Shown here piece after piece: positions 39,172 to 54,732 of a stretch of 64,000 nucleotides of DNA. Positions within the stretch are counted from its first letter, which is position 1; each line of letters begins with the position of its first letter. The stretch covers positions 123,036,007 through 123,100,006 of the forward strand of contig NC_068982.1 of NCBI RefSeq assembly GCF_001194135.2, written 5' to 3'. The stretch is from Octopus bimaculoides (taxonomy: Eukaryota). The notes below the pieces were generated by a model. That model was not told where the DNA came from and made no database searches. It saw only the letters and a program-made list of their open reading frames with translations. The translations under genes were made by a program, and so were the position numbers.

Positions 39172-42100
39172 CTTAGGTAATGATGGTTTTACCTACATTT
39201 ATCATCCTCTTTCTTTATCTAGATGTAATTTTCTCTAAAGTTAAGACACTTGACTTTCATAGAATAATATTTGTAAGTTGTCTACCCACTTAGTTTCTTC
39301 AATGATCTATAGGCATACTGCAGAGTTGTTTGTCAACAAGCACTTGTGTAAACATGTGAGATGTGGGTGAAAAAGTGTTGTGTTGACAGTGAATAGCATC
39401 CGCAGCATAGGAGGACACAAGAGGAAGTGATGATGTTAAATCTCAAGATCTTGAGTGTCAAAGATGAGCTGATGTAGAATCAAGAGGTGATAGTGCAGAA
39501 TTGTTTAGCCATGCCCGTATCAAGGTGTAAAAAAGTCTCCTGATGTAACAAGAATAATGCTGTGTATCTACTCTGTAAATATTTTATTTAGTGAAGTTCA
39601 AAACACATATTGTGCCCTATGTCTTCTCTTTTTCTATGATTTGTTTGTTTTTCATGTTATACTTCTTCCAAATGTCAAATTTTCAACTTGGGAAATAATG
39701 GAAGTGGTGTTGAGTATTTTCTTATTTGGTTCTATTTCCTATTGTATGCATATTTTCTCTCAAGATAAAGAGCAATACCTGAGAATTGGTTTTGACCTTT
39801 GTTAACAGACATGTATGGACCTGCTAATATTTTCTTTTTTTTTCCTTAAGTAGTAAAATGATTGAGAAACTTCACCTCCTGTACACAAAATTTTAACAAA
39901 ATGCTTTTATGAAAATTAGCTGCCAAATATATTTTTACAAATAAGGAATTGTAAATATGTATTTGATGGAACCATTATTATTGTCAGAGAAGTACTCTGG
40001 GCAATCTAAAAATTGCACGTAATCATAATTTATTAATTGGGTGTTAGACACTTTAAGTTTCTTTTAACATTTATTAGGATATAAACTAATGACATGTGAA
40101 GTAAAATATTCTTATACCTTAATCATGCAACTATTTAAGAGCCTAATGTTTTAGGATAAGCAAAAAAATCAAGCATAAGTTAATCTTTTCAAATCATTCA
40201 TTATGAATTACAGCACTTAAATCATTAGTAGATACATTATTATTATTATTATCATTAAGTGGAAATATTACCATAGTACAATTATTGTATGCAAATGCTG
40301 TAACTTATTTGAGATCCCCTAAAGACTCTATCTAGTGATTCAAGGACAGTAGTTTATTCCATTGCCTTTTCTTGGTCGTAAGAGGATTACTGGAGTAAAT
40401 CTCAACAAATACACAAAAATAAAGACATAAAAATTATATTTGATATAATTAAAGTAAATAACACAGTTATTATTTATATGACAATGAATGTTACTTTCTC
40501 ATCTTATTTCTTTAAAAGTTTTATGAGTTAAATATTTTTGTCAGGAACACCAGGCTGTTCTAGTTACAGAGTATAAGTTATCAATCGTTTTGTTGGTAGC
40601 CAGCATATTATAGATGTTGGTCAGCTGCAGTTCTTTAAATTCATTGTACTCTATCAATTGAATAGGAAATTTAATCTCAAGCACCGACTATCACTAAGAA
40701 AGCTAATGAAATTTCTCATTTTATGTAATAATTTTCAAACAGATATTATGTGACTCACTTTTGAAAGGTAATAAGAGGGAAATAAATGTACATTTCACAA
40801 ACAAGTTCGTAAACAGGTTTTAGCATTGGGTAACATTAAACATAGAACACAACGCGTGGTGACATAATACATCAATATTTTAGTTTGCGAAAATATAACA
40901 AACTTTCCAGGTTTTTCTTAGTTTACTTTTAGTAATAGCCATTATTCCAGCACTATATTACTAATTTAACAAAATCTATTTTCACTGTTAGTGAGCTATT
41001 TAAGTAGTACATAATCTGCAGTTCTTAACTACATATTATCTGGAGCATCTAAAATATATTTTCCAGTCAGTCAGAAATCTTGTATCACATTTTCTCTCTG
41101 CTTACACTTGTATATTGAAGCTACATTTTGTTTTATGCAAGTGGACTTATGCGACTTATTATCAACTGAACACCTAGCCTTGACCATGACCCAATGTAGA
41201 TCTGGTTTATGCATTCTATTACTAGTTGATCTTCAACAAATTCTGTTGATATGCAGTTCTCATCAGGTTTCACCCCCGTTTTTTTTTTGTGTGATGTTCT
41301 CAAAGACAAGCATGAATAGAAAACAGCTGAAAGCAGAATAACTAGGTACACATCTATTCCTTAAAATACTAACTGTAGATTGCATATATGGTTTAAACTG
41401 CTCCCTTTAGCTATTTTCCTGTACAGACTAATGAACTTGGGTCAGATCTGTCAACAGCTGTTGATATTTGTTTTAAGGTAAAAAATATTCATATAGCAGT
41501 TGTACCACCAGAATTGTTTTTGTTTTCATTTACAATGAAAACCAAGTGAAGAACACATGGTCATACAAGCTCAGTCTGTTATTAGATTTGATAATTGCCA
41601 TTACATTTGTTTTCCCATGGATGGTTTGCAATTCCCAGCTGCTGCCTGAATTTGGTTTATCCCTTGTAATGGATCATTTCTATTTAGCTTTTTTGTCTGT
41701 GTGACTGCTAGACAACAGGCATACAATACAAAAGGTCCTTGTGAACAATTTAGAATGAATTTAATTATCTTTGTTTTAGAATATTTCTGATATCATTACA
41801 TGAAACTTTAGTTTGTGACATTTATAATCCCATGAAATTTTCAGCTATGTTCACTGTCTGCACAGTGAGACATGTATGTTGTCACTGTAAATAGATTTAT
41901 TTCATCTATTTAGCTTTAAATAGAATCATAATGTTGACTTATGTGTTATAAAGACAGATATGATTGATATTGTTATTTCTTGGAGGAAATGGCTTCATGA
42001 GAAAATGTTGGCATTGGAATTTAATTTCCTATAATTTCATGGATAGGCAAAGAAGTATGGTGTTTATCAAATCAACAATGATTTATATGAATAATTAAAT

Positions 42101-42869
42101 TTTATGTGGACATGTCTCATCAAAATGTTTCAATAGTTAACATATATACTCCATTTTATTTGAATTGAACACTTTGTAATTTTGAATAAATTTTGTGTCT
42201 GTGTGTTGGTTTAATGACATTCAACTAGTTTATGCAAATATCAGCCATATTCCAAAGGTCATTTGTGTTTATTTGATCTATCACGTGTTTCATCACTTGA
42301 CCTTTTTTCTAAGTTAAAGCATTTTGGAAATATCCTTTAAACTATTTGTCAAGATAGATTTCTAACAGAACAGTCGGGTAGAATATTTCTAATCTTATTA
42401 TTAATTATCAAACAAGTCTGTACCTGCACAGTATACTCAATTAAAATTTCTTATTTAGATATGATGTATTTTTACATGCAATTTTCAAATTTTTATCTCA
42501 TATAAATAAAGTTTGTGTCTTATATCTCTTATTTTAAAATTAGATTTTCTTTTAACTAAATATTTCGTACAAACAGATCTATAGTAACATATAGTTATTG
42601 TATGAACATTCATGTAGGTTAAAACTTCTGTGTTCATCAGTTTTACTTGAGTGGTAAAATCTGTGGCTAAGAATTGATTCCAGTTGACAGACTAGTTTGA
42701 CATTTGTTGATTAATATACATTTCAAACCAATTCCAATTAAGGATATTGGAAATGATTTGAAATGTATACTTTTATGGGATTGGCAGGGAATTTACTTCA
42801 CCCATTTAACATTCAGATTATTCTATGAAATGTAATGCTTATTTATTCACATTGCCCAATTTTTCTCTC

Positions 42870-43505
42870 AGAGTGTAAGTGTCTTGAGAGAAAAATTAGG
42901 CATAAGGGGCATCAGATGTGGTGTGCAAAGACTGTGCTGGTATGGTCATATGTGTATGGATGAGGACAGGTGTGCAAAGAAGTGCCAATCACTAACTGTA
43001 GAGGGATCCTGTAGAAGAGGTAGACCCAGGAACACATAGGATGAGGTGTTGAAGCATGATCTTCAGATGTTGAGTCTCATGGAGATGATGACGAGTGATT
43101 GAGAACTTTGGTAATTTGCTGTGCTTGTGATGTGTCAAGCCAAGTGAAATTGTAGTTGTGGCAGTGCCAATGACACATTCAAAGGCACCTGTGCTGGTGA
43201 CATGTACAAATGCACCTGTGCTGATGACACATGCAAATGCCCCTATGCCGACGACACCTGCAGATGCACCTGTGCCAGCAACACGTGCAAAGGCATCAGT
43301 GCTGGCAACACGTGCAAAGGCATCCATGCTGGTGACACGTGCAAAGGCACCCGCTACACTCTTGGAGTGGTTGGTGTTAGGAAGGACATCCAGCCATAGA
43401 AACCAAGCCAATCAGACTGGAGCCTGGTACAGCTCTCTAGCTTACCAATCCCAGTCAAACCGTCTAACCCATGCCAGCATGGAAAACAGATGCTAAATGA
43501 TGGTG
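42870..43505 (+). mobile_element. RTE LINE 3' end containing a 27-bp tandem amplification
   Basis: LREKLGIRGIRCGVQR...WYGH...RGRPR, followed by the UTR and (GAT) tail. Confidence 0.8.
43172..43360 (+). repeat. 27-bp minisatellite x7 (consensus ~GACACGTGCAAAGGCACCTGTGCTGGT)
   Basis: Seven consecutive degenerate units counted directly. They derive from the RTE UTR module GTGCCGGTGGCACGTAAAAAGCACC. Confidence 0.85.
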
Positions 43506-46500
43506 ATTGATTTAAATTAATCATGCATTCTTGTAGCTACAAGATTGTGATGATGCAATTGTTTATTTTTAGAATACATTGTAGGATAGGTTTGGTTAGC
43601 TGGATTTGGCCAGTTTGAACTGAAGAAGCTGGATTTTTGGGCCTGATATGTGGCTGGTTTAGATGCTTAAAGGTTCAAGTGGTTATCTCCATATTCTAAG
43701 AAGAATTACTACATAGATGAATAGCTCAGATTTTGATGTCAGTTCTTGTTACTCACTATCTCCTATTCAGAACTGAATTCTGTTTACTAAGCTAATATAT
43801 TTATAAATTAACTGTAACAAATCTTCAAACACAAAGCAAGATTTGAAATCTTGTTATTGGGCACATCTTTGTCTGCACTTTTTCAGCCTTTGCAAGCATT
43901 TATGCATGATTCTTTTGTGTAGAAATACCATCTGGTTGTATTGGGGAGATTCCCGTTTTCAGCCTAGTGAAAAGTAGTGATTTCAATTGTTGTGCTGCAA
44001 CTTCATAATGAGCATAACTGCACTGGAGCTGTTGGAAACATTCCAAACAATCTGAACCATTAGTAGTCTTTGTTAGACATATTGTAATATTCATCATCAT
44101 TGTAACTGAAGCAAAGCTCTACATTTTTTAAAAACTTTTTTCTAGTAACACTTGTTGACAAGAAATGTAGTTTAATTTTAGAGTAACTATATATCGAAGA
44201 ACTCTATATTTAGATTGTGAATTATAGTGGTTTCTACAAGTTGTTGTAAGCAGACTAGTTTTGCATTACTGCCATAATAACTATGTTACAACTGGAACTA
44301 GCTATGACTGCCTGTAGTGTATATGTGTAGGGAAGATGAGGTAGATCTTATTTCTAGTTAGAATCACTTTATTTCACTTTGTTAGTATCTTTGAAATGAT
44401 ATGAATCATTCATGTCGTGTTATGACAGGCAAAAAATATTTTCTTGTTTGGTGCTACTATATTTCTCCCAAGATTTTTTCATATGACGTCAATATTATTC
44501 CATATCCCATTAAAGAAGCATTATTATTGTTGTTTCATTTTATGATTTCTGTAAAAAAGGTATGAATAACTTATGTCCCCATATAGCCAAGATTTCTAAA
44601 TTCAGAAAATTAATATTGCTATTATTATTGAAATCTTGATATCAGTTAATATTGAAAATCAATATATTTATAAATGATTCAGGAGTAAAAAGAAAAAAAA
44701 AAATCATTCTGTTGTCAATTAATATTTAAATCTTGATGAGATAAAACTAGGAGTTCTGGATAAATGCATATTCATGATTTGCCATGTCTCATAATTGCTG
44801 ATTGGTACTATTAATACCAATTGCTATTTGATTAAGGATGCTAATGGTAGTGCGAAATGAAACTGGAAAATTCATTGGGAGAAAAATTTGTTGGATTGTA
44901 ATAGCTCTGAAAAACTAATTAGTGTTTTAGCCTACATGTAATTAAATAGTAGCTTCTGTATAATTCTGTGAATAGTTTTATTCTTTTATTATATGATTTT
45001 TGAGCATTAAAATTTGTTTTACACTTGTTGAAGGATAACTTTCTTTTAGACATCTTTTCTCATTGTTTTATACTTGAAGAAAAGACATCAAGCTTATTAG
45101 CAATATTTTATTTTTAAAAAGCAGTGAGCTGGCAGAACTGGAATCATATCAGACAGAATGATTAGCTGCATTTTTTTCTGGCTTTTTTTGTTCTGAGTTC
45201 AAATACTGCCAAGGTCAACTTTACCATTCATCCTTTTGGGGGTCAATAAAATAAAGTTCCAATCAAATACTGGGGTCAATGTATCAGCTTTCCCTTTCCC
45301 AAAATTTACGTATACGTGTTTTTCTCCTTGTCTCCGTATTCTTTCTGTTGAAGAGCGTAGCNNNNNNNNNNNNNNNNNNNNNNNNNNNNNNNNNNNNNNN
45401 NNNNNNNNNNNNNNNNNNNNNNNNNNNNNNNNNNNNNNNNNNNNNNNNNNNNNNNNNNNNNCCAGCAGGGGTAAGAGCTCTCTAAACTTTGCCCAGGCTA
45501 TTCTTATTCTTTCTATTTTTGGTGTAAGGCCTGCAATTTCAAGGGGAGTGGGCAAGTTGACTACATTGAACTCCAGTGTTCAACCGGTACTTATTTTACT
45601 GACCCCAAAAGAATGAAAAGCAAATTGACCTCAACTGAATTTGAATTCAGAACATAAAAGAAAGTTACTGTTTTTCTTGAGTGTGAGATTAATATACACC
45701 AAATCACGAGAATTACATAATGGAAGAAGGATGTTTAATATGATGATGTTGAAATACATGGATATGCTTTTTTCCCTTTTAACTTTAATAATAAACATTA
45801 TGTGTTCAAAAATGCTTTTACTGATTTTCATATAAATTATTAATTTTTTTAACATTTGTATTGTCTATTCTCTTGTTGCAGTTTATCGTTGTGTATGTTA
45901 AAATATCAGTTGCAAATTACACATTTTCATAAAGTGGATTAATTGAAATAATTTTCTTAATTCTCATTGATTAATAATTGGTATCAATATTGGATAAACA
46001 ATTCTGAACATTGAGTGTGTGTGTGTGTGTGTGTGTTAAACTGTGCATGGCTGCAGAGCTTAATTGTACAGGAATCAAGTGTTGCATAGAATATAATGAG
46101 GTTATGGATGATTATGTAAATGTAAAATAGCAATGCAGAATGACATTGAATTTATGTAGAGGACATTTTAAAAATCATAACCATCAAATATAATGCAACC
46201 AGGTGATAAAAGCTAGTGTTAATACATGAAGTTTAATGAGAGTAAATTATTTAAAATTTGTGTATCGGCATATCTTGATTTCAGAAGTGAAATAAAAGCT
46301 AGCTATAAAATCAACCATTTGGTTGGAAGTCAGTGTAATACTGATATCACAAGAAGTCTGTTAGGACTAAGATGTCTGGAAATGGCTTGTCAAATGAAAC
46401 TGGTTCTACTCATGCATGCATGGTGAAATTGATGCGTAAATAAATGCAATTATCTTTCCCAAACATATAGAATATGTTGGCTTAGTCTCAAACTTAAACT

Positions 46501-47299
46501 TGTAAGTGTACTGAGAGTGAAATTATTGTTAAAGCTATATCTTAAAAACTATGAAATTTGGCAGCATTCAAGATTTTTATTATGGAAATGAAAGTTTCTT
46601 CAACTTTTACTCCAGCCAATTATGTTCTTTTGAATTTTGAGATGAAATTTGAATTAGATGTATATGGGTTGTTGGTGTTACTGAAGATTTTAATTTGTAG
46701 TAGAGATTCACACAACCTGTCTGACACAGAGATGAACTCTGCTAACAAGGTGATATATTTGTAAACTCAACTTGCTTTTATCACAGACATGTGTTAGGCA
46801 TATTTTTCTTTTGAAAACTATTTATCTATTTGTGTGTATTATTTCTTTATTGCTCACAGGGGGCTAGACATAGAGGGGACAAACAAGGACAAAGGGATTA
46901 AGTCGATTACATCGACTCCAGTGTGTAACTGGTATTTATTTAATTGACCCCGAAAGAATGAAAGACAAAGTTAACCTCAGTGGATTTGTGTGTATTTATT
47001 GCTACTGGGCTGCAGCTATGCTGGGTTCTTTAAATGTCTTAATCAATTCTATCAATCCCAGATGCTCTTCCTGTTACTAACCCATTTACTTGCTTCTAAT
47101 GAAATGCAAGGATATTATGCAACAGATGATTTTACAAATTTGTATTATAATTCAGAGATAATATTAAAAAATGCTTAAGTAGAAGTTATTTTGGGTTGCC
47201 AATATCTTGGGTGTAGGTGTTGTAGATAAAGTGTACTATCAACAGAGAGTAGATAAATGGTGTAATTGAGGGAAGATAAGTAATAGAATAATTAAATGC

Positions 47300-49050
47300 A
47301 GATGAGTGATATCTTTGATTTTTCAGTTTATGCCACCCAAGTATAATTAATGGACAGACAAAATGATGGATTTATGAGGCTATTTTGACCATCTGGCAGC
47401 TACATTACCATTATAACTGGTGATTTCAATGATCATGTTAGGGTAAAACTAGGAAGAGTACACTGGTACACATAGAAGCTGTGGTCATGATAGAAAAAAT
47501 ATAAAGAGGTAACAAGGATTATAGTGTTTTGTGATACAAATGGTATCCCCATTTGCTAAATAGATTTAAGTATGTTAACCAGTCTCATGACCATCTGTGG
47601 TCATGAGAACTAGATTGCCCCTTTTCCTGATAAGATCAAAGCAAACAGAAGGTTGTGAATATCAAGCCCAAACTGTATAGGTGAATAGTTTAGTAAGCAA
47701 ATTACAACTAAAAGAAAAGTATGGAATTAAAATACCCTTCTGTTAGGTGTAATTCCCAATTATCACCATATGATGAATATTTTCATAAAAAGGATGAGGT
47801 AGAAAAGTATAATATAGAGTACAATTGGTCATTTGCAAAAAGAATCCACTGCTCATCAGAAGGTTGGCTGTATCATTTACTTTCAGCATAGTTCAGATGA
47901 AAATAGGTAAAGCTTCAGGTTCATCAGGAGTATTCAATGGAATGCTGAAAGTTTATTTACTTATTAATCAGGTAGTATAAGGTGTTATTGCTTATGCTTG
48001 GCACAGTTGAGTCTTTGTAAACTACTACAAGAACAGAAGTGATGTCTTGGAGACAAGCAGTTAGTGCAAGTCACCCACCTTGAATAAAAGATATTTTGAG
48101 TCAATGTAGGAGCCTCTACATGATCAGCTAACTTGCTAGAAATCATGGCCAAATATGAAATTTGGCTGTCGTTGGCTGATATATTAGATCATATTGTCCT
48201 GAACTGTCTCATAAAAGAATGAGATGTTCTTGTCTCTAACATTTTTGACCTTTTGTGTATGCTCAATTAAGACTGGCCTGGATGAACAGCCCTAATTGAA
48301 CAAAGACAACATGTTGTTGCTGTGACAGTTTTGTATCCTTTGCTAATCACAAACGTTTTTACTTCATATTTTTAAAACTAGAAAATGTCTTAAACATTTT
48401 CATATTCTGTATTCTGGTGGATTCTAAGAAAGTTATATGCAGTTCCTTTTTAATTCTTGAGGCAATAATGCAGAAGTTCAGTGAACTTGGAAAGATGAAA
48501 TGTTTTCATTGCAAAGTATGTTGAATAGCTGCAGAAAAGTTTCAAACTTGGAAGAATATTTTAGAATCCAGGTTCAATGTCGAATGGTCAATGTAGAGTC
48601 CCAGTGTCATTTGAGAAATGTACCTCCGTGAGTAGGTAAGAATTTGATATTGTGTGTTCAGTGGATACATGAAAAATGTATTGTAATTCCTGACAATTTT
48701 AAAGTGATCAAGGACTTCAAGTGCAAAGAATATTTTACTATGAGAAGTTGCTTAATGAGTATGAAAGCCAACCTTAAAATGAACCATTACCAGGACTAGA
48801 AAAATTGGGTATACTCAGCATGGTTAGTAAAGCAGTTAAAGCAAAAGCTTGAAGAAAATATGTTGGACATGGTAGAAATACTAGATTAATGTACAAGAAA
48901 GCTAGATCAAAATGAGTGTAGGAGAGATAACTGTATTGATGTGGATATGGACAATATGTGCTTGCTGATAAACTGCTATGTATTGATATTGGAAGGTAAT
49001 TCTCATGGAAGATTGAAAAAGAGGTGCACTTAGGGTGTCAAACTTCACTG
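47300..49050 (+). mobile_element. Old, fragmented RTE LINE (APE and RT remnants)
   Basis: SVYATQV and IITGDFNDHV (~47325-47445), and AEKFQTWKNILES (~48530-48570). Confidence 0.6.
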
Positions 49051-52000
49051 TGAGATGACATAGGATAAAGACCTGATAACTTGTCTTAGTGTAGAGTTGG
49101 CAAAAATGTTAGGATGATGATAGCTATAATGATTATTTGGAAAATAAGCATATTTGCAAAATAGAAAATAGACCTGCATATAATTTTAAAACCTGCTTTT
49201 TACAATGGCCACTAATATTTAAGTATAAGTTTTATAAATATAGAATTATGATTGGTGTCATTTAGGGCACTTGTTTATAATTCCTTGTTCTAATTACCCT
49301 GTTATATGCTATTACTGCTAGGTTTAAAACCCATCATTGATAAAACTACAAAATGAAATGCTTTTTAATGTTCCATGTTAGTAAATAAATTCATATGGAT
49401 CTATTAAAATATGCTTTGCTGTTTTGTTTTTAAATTTTTATTTTGGTGGCAAAATGTATTTTAGAATCTTCATTGTTTTTCACAATGCAGAAGGCAGTAC
49501 AAGTTTTAAATGGCATCTCTCCAGCAGCTTTTTATCCCTGTTTCATTGCAATGTTCTTAGATCAGTCCATTTACCATATTCCAGATTATCTTTCATTTTC
49601 CTCTCATCTGGCTGTATCTTCTTCAACCATCTCGCATCACTTTTGTCTCAATTCTCATTCACTTCATTCGCTCTTATCACTCATTTTCATCTCTTGATCT
49701 GTCTGCTCTCTTGCAACCAACATCTGATGCCTTTTGATAGTTTTGTGTTAAACAGGTTATTAAAAATGATTGGATTTGATTAATGAATTTTTTTTTTTTT
49801 TTTTTGCTCAGTCATTTAATAACTTCAGATGCTTCACTGTTCAATTATTTATTTATGGGTGGCTAGAATAAACACTTGCAGTCATTAATTTCATCTATGC
49901 TTTAATGATTAAATGCTAGTGAACAATTCCATACTGAATAATTTAGCAGAGTTGTATATAATTAATAAATGTTTAGAATTGTTGATTTCTGTGTGTGTAA
50001 AAATGTAGCTTGTATGTGGATTTGATAAGGTTTGAATTTTCTTGAATATTTTGTGGTGTAGTTTTTGTAGCATCTCTCAGTAGGTCATGAAATTCATTTT
50101 GTGAAGAAGGGAAGATATAGATTTATTTTGAGATTGGATTAGGATTGAGGATATAATCAGCTATGCTCCAATTTCCTGATATTACAAATATATATTTTCT
50201 TGACTTGGAAAAGTGAAGTTGATCCTGTGTGATTTGAACTTAGGATTAAATCTAAATAAAACCAAGATGTTGAATTCTCTGCTTTGTCTCAGCTCTCTTA
50301 ACCACCATAAGAAAAAGGGAATATATTGACAGGAATATTAGGATGTATATGTTGTATATAAAAATAAAAAAATGTTACTGTTTGTGTATGTTTCCAGAAC
50401 CTGGAAGCCATGAGTTTTTCTCAAAGCAATAAAGTTTTTCATAGTGTTTTCTTTTTTAGTTTTATTTTCATTTCCACTAAGATTTATACATATCATTATA
50501 AAAGTTTTTATTTTTATTCTAATCATTCACATGAAAGCGAAATAAGTATATATTTATAGCCAGCTTTCCAAAGACTATTAATTGAAAAATAGGTTCATTT
50601 AGTAAAAAGAAATTAATTAGATGATAGATTTACCTAATTAAGTGAAAATAAGTTCTATTCAATTATCAAAGAGTTACCTATCAATAATAAAAATGCTATT
50701 GTTTTTCCTAACCATATTTGATGCTTCATAATTAATTTTTCACATAAACGAGGAGTTTGTTATGCAAAAAATATAATCATGATATGGCTAATACTCAAAT
50801 AGTGTTTTGATTCACGCACTAATATTGTGTACTTTTCTGGGTGTTTAGCATGGATTAGGATGGGGAATTTTTGAGGATGGATTTTGTAGATGGCTGCTCT
50901 TCCTGTCACCAACCCTTGTTTTCATTCAAGGAATTGTTTTTCTTTCTGAGGCCTTTGAAAATGCAGAGCTGCAAGTCATAATGTCAACACAATATTAACA
51001 TTACTACCATTTCACTTGGCATTGAAATATCAGTGTTTTTACACACGCATGCGCCCCCCCCCAGGTTTCTATCTGCCAAATTCTCTTACATGGCATTGGT
51101 TAGCCTGGTGCTATAGTAGGGGGCACTGAAGCTAAGTAGTTGCAAAGCAAATTTCTTAACTAAACACCCATGTCTGCATCTGTATAAAATACAAAACCTA
51201 AACATATTTACATTTTTGAATTCTCTCTATATATATTTAAAAATAAAATTAAAAAAATTTATTACTTGATATATGAAAAAAAAAATTTTCCCACCATTAA
51301 AAACAAATTTTATGATTTAGTTTGAGGAGGATGGGCAATGCTCATAAGTGGCCTTGGAACATGGAAGAGAGGAAGACACCACTACAAATACCAGAATCCC
51401 TGTTATGAATACGTACAATAATGCTAACTTTTATAAAGAGACTAAAGGAGCAGCTGATAGAAAGGAAACTGAGTGACAAATTAAGTCTATCCACCCAAGA
51501 ATAAATACAGACAGTCTGAAAGGCTTTTGTACAGTTTTTTGTCTAAACCCCCCCCCCCCCCAATGTTTCTCAAGGTGAGGACATGGTAATATTTTAGTAG
51601 GGCATGGCTTCCATTAGAAAAGGTTGAGAAACACTGGTCTACCCCAATTCACTCACAAGGTTTGGGTTAATCTGAGGTTATAGTAGAAGTCATTTGCCAA
51701 AAGTGCCACTCTGTTGGACTGAATCTGGAATCACATGATTGTAAAGAGAATCTCTTAATCACATAGCCATATCCCTGCACCCATTGTACTAAACTTAGTT
51801 GAAACTGCTGTTTCATATCTGGAGATTTAAATTCAGACTTGGAAGAAAATCGTTGTAAAAAAAATTCTTCACATGGTTTTTGTGTGTTTGCTTTTGCTAC
51901 ATGTGTAGATTTAATGTTCCACCTTTTAAAAATAGCAAACAACTTTGTTATCCAAGACATTTTAAGGATTTAACTACTTACGAAGTTAATTGATGTAGAT

Positions 52001-54537
52001 TGTTGGGAAAATTTGACCTTGATCTAATTTATTTTTCCCTGACTGTTGATATTTTGAAGCGAATTCACTTTGCTTTCCAAATGTTATTACTTTTTTATAT
52101 ATACTTTTAATAAGTGGTTGAACAGTCTATACTAACAAAGTATATTAGCTTTCAGAGTAGTCTTTGAATTATTTTGTCTGTATTTTGTTTTAAAATACTG
52201 TAAATAAAATCATTTAAATATGAAATATAAGAAATTAAAGAGGAAAAAAGTAAAAAAAGCAAAACAAAACTGTTAATGGAATCTTTTGGTCTATTATTTG
52301 TGTGTGTATTATTTGACTTATAGCCCATAATAAGCATAAACAAAATAGTGTAAACTGAAATAATTTGATTCAGAGTTTAATGTGTCTAGGAGCCTATTTA
52401 TTTATAATATAGGACAACCAAGCCTGAACCAATTCCTAACTGATACAGGAAATAGATACAATATGAAATATAATAGTAAAAGAGACTAATAACAGTTACA
52501 TGTGTGAGACTGAGAATGAGGCAAGCTCTTTTCAATTGTTTTAGAGAGGTTAATGAAAGATTACTAATCAATGATTATAATTAACGATGTGTCTGTTTGA
52601 CTCAGTTGTAAATATAGTCCCTTATCTTTGACTATGATATATATGTACCCACACAGAAGCAGAATATTTTACTTTGCTTCGTATAAAAAATGAACTTCTA
52701 CAACTCATAAAGCATAAAGGTTTGGTTAACTTCAGTAGTCGCTAACCCAAATCCAATAATACCTCATTTTAGTCCAGCTATACTTTCTGTATGGTGTTTG
52801 TGCATTTTGTTAATCTCTGACTAACAGATGCAAATATGTAAACAGGGTCTCTTTTGCTCAACTGTATTCAGATATAGGTATTGTTTTATTTTTACCTTTT
52901 ATCTTTAACTCATTTCGGTCACTGAACTGCAGTCATCAACCCCAGTACTAATTTTTTTAATAAGCCTGATATTTACTCTGTTGGTTATGTTTGCCAAACT
53001 GCTAAGGTACAGGGATGTAAGCAAACCAACACTGGTTCACACACACACACACACACACACACACATGATGGGATTCTTCAGTTTCATTCTACAAATCCAC
53101 TCACAAGGGTTTGATCATTCCAAGGTGCCATGTAGTGGGACTGAATCTAGAACCATGTTGTTGAGAAGGAAACTTAGCATACAGCCACCTGACTTCAACT
53201 CATCAGTCATTTTCTCATTTTCCATTCAGCATTTAATTCTTTAGATTATTCTTTTTAATTTCTTTTTTGCTTCACAACAATCTTTTCAACATTGTATATT
53301 CGTTTAACTCAGAGGAATATTATAACTGAACACCCCCCTCTTTTTTTAAAAAATTTTCATCTCTTCTATCTTTTTATTTTAGTTTCCTGTTTCTTAGTGG
53401 TATTCAATCAAGTTTTAAATCTGTATTATTGTTTCATAATTTAGTTTAAGTAAATTAGAATGTGTGTTAATTATTTCTCTGTTATATTTTATGTAAAACT
53501 GTTATGAATTATGTAAATTTTCTGTAGTTAACTTTGTGTGGTTTATATGATATGCATAGGTTGAAAAAGTAAAATAATTATTAAAATACCTGATGATGAG
53601 GTGGAGACATTATCATTGGACAGAGATGAAATGATTTTATTCATTCATGTATTGAGATACTTTAATCAATATTTTGGCTTAAATTCTTCAAAGAAATCTT
53701 GCACCCATTTGCACAATCTCACACACTATCCCTCTCTTTTTCAATCATATTTCTGTGTGTATATGTGTGCACATACACAAGTGGTCAAAAGTCTGGACAC
53801 TTTCTTATATAGTTGTTTATTGGTTTTGCACCTCTTTCCTGCTCATAATTATTTTACTAATCATCTTCAAAGAATATTTTATTGTTCACTATCCTGTGAT
53901 GCTTTAAAATTGATATTGTTCTTCAACTGAATATGACAACTTAGAGATTTAAATATCCTAAAAACACGTATCAATCTACACCAGTAGTGTATGAAGCACC
54001 ATATAAAACATACTTTACAGTATAATAGTTCGAAATAATATTTAGTAGAATAACCTTTTACTTTGATTATTACATCAATTCTTCTTGGCATGACAGTGAT
54101 AAATTTCTTGAACTCCTCAAGAATTTATGATACTAAATAAAGTATTGATGAGTTTGTTGCTCAGTTAGAAACTGATTCCAGTTTCTTGATTTTGACCATA
54201 AATTTTCTATCTTAAATTAGGGGCTGTTTCCAGGCCATTATAAAACACCTGTTTTATATTCTTTCAGTTATTTCATTCTAGATTTTCTTGTATGACAAGG
54301 GGCTCCTTCATATTGAAAAATTACTTCATCTTCCAAATAACTTCTTAGTATTTATCATTTAAGTTCAGTTTGTAATTTTAAAGCCAACACTTTTTAAATA
54401 TATAGTTCAACAGTATTACACTGTCAAGATGCTTTATTGTCATTGTAATACTTTGCAAGGAAGTTTTTGGCTTATCACTTACATGTTTTTATTCATTATT
54501 TCTAAGATCTTTTTCTCATCACTGCCAGAGAATTACT

Positions 54538-54732
54538 TTAACCCCTCTGTTACCATATTTCTGTTGAAATGCACTGCTTTTGTTCCAATAAATTTTTGAA
54601 AATAATGAAGAAATTAGTAAAATTGTGATAATTAAGCTGGTGTTTAGAATATATATTAGCATAAAATTTTGATGAAAGTTTGTATCATAGGGATAGGGGT
54701 GGTTTTGAGTGGGTTGGTATCAAAAGGGTTAA
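54538..54732. mobile_element. piggyBac-type MITE (187 bp) with TTAA target duplication
   Basis: TTAA at 54538-54541, then CCCCTCTGTTACCA ... TGGTATCAAAAGGG, then TTAA at 54729-54732. Imperfect 14-bp TIR with CCC/GGG termini. Confidence 0.75.
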
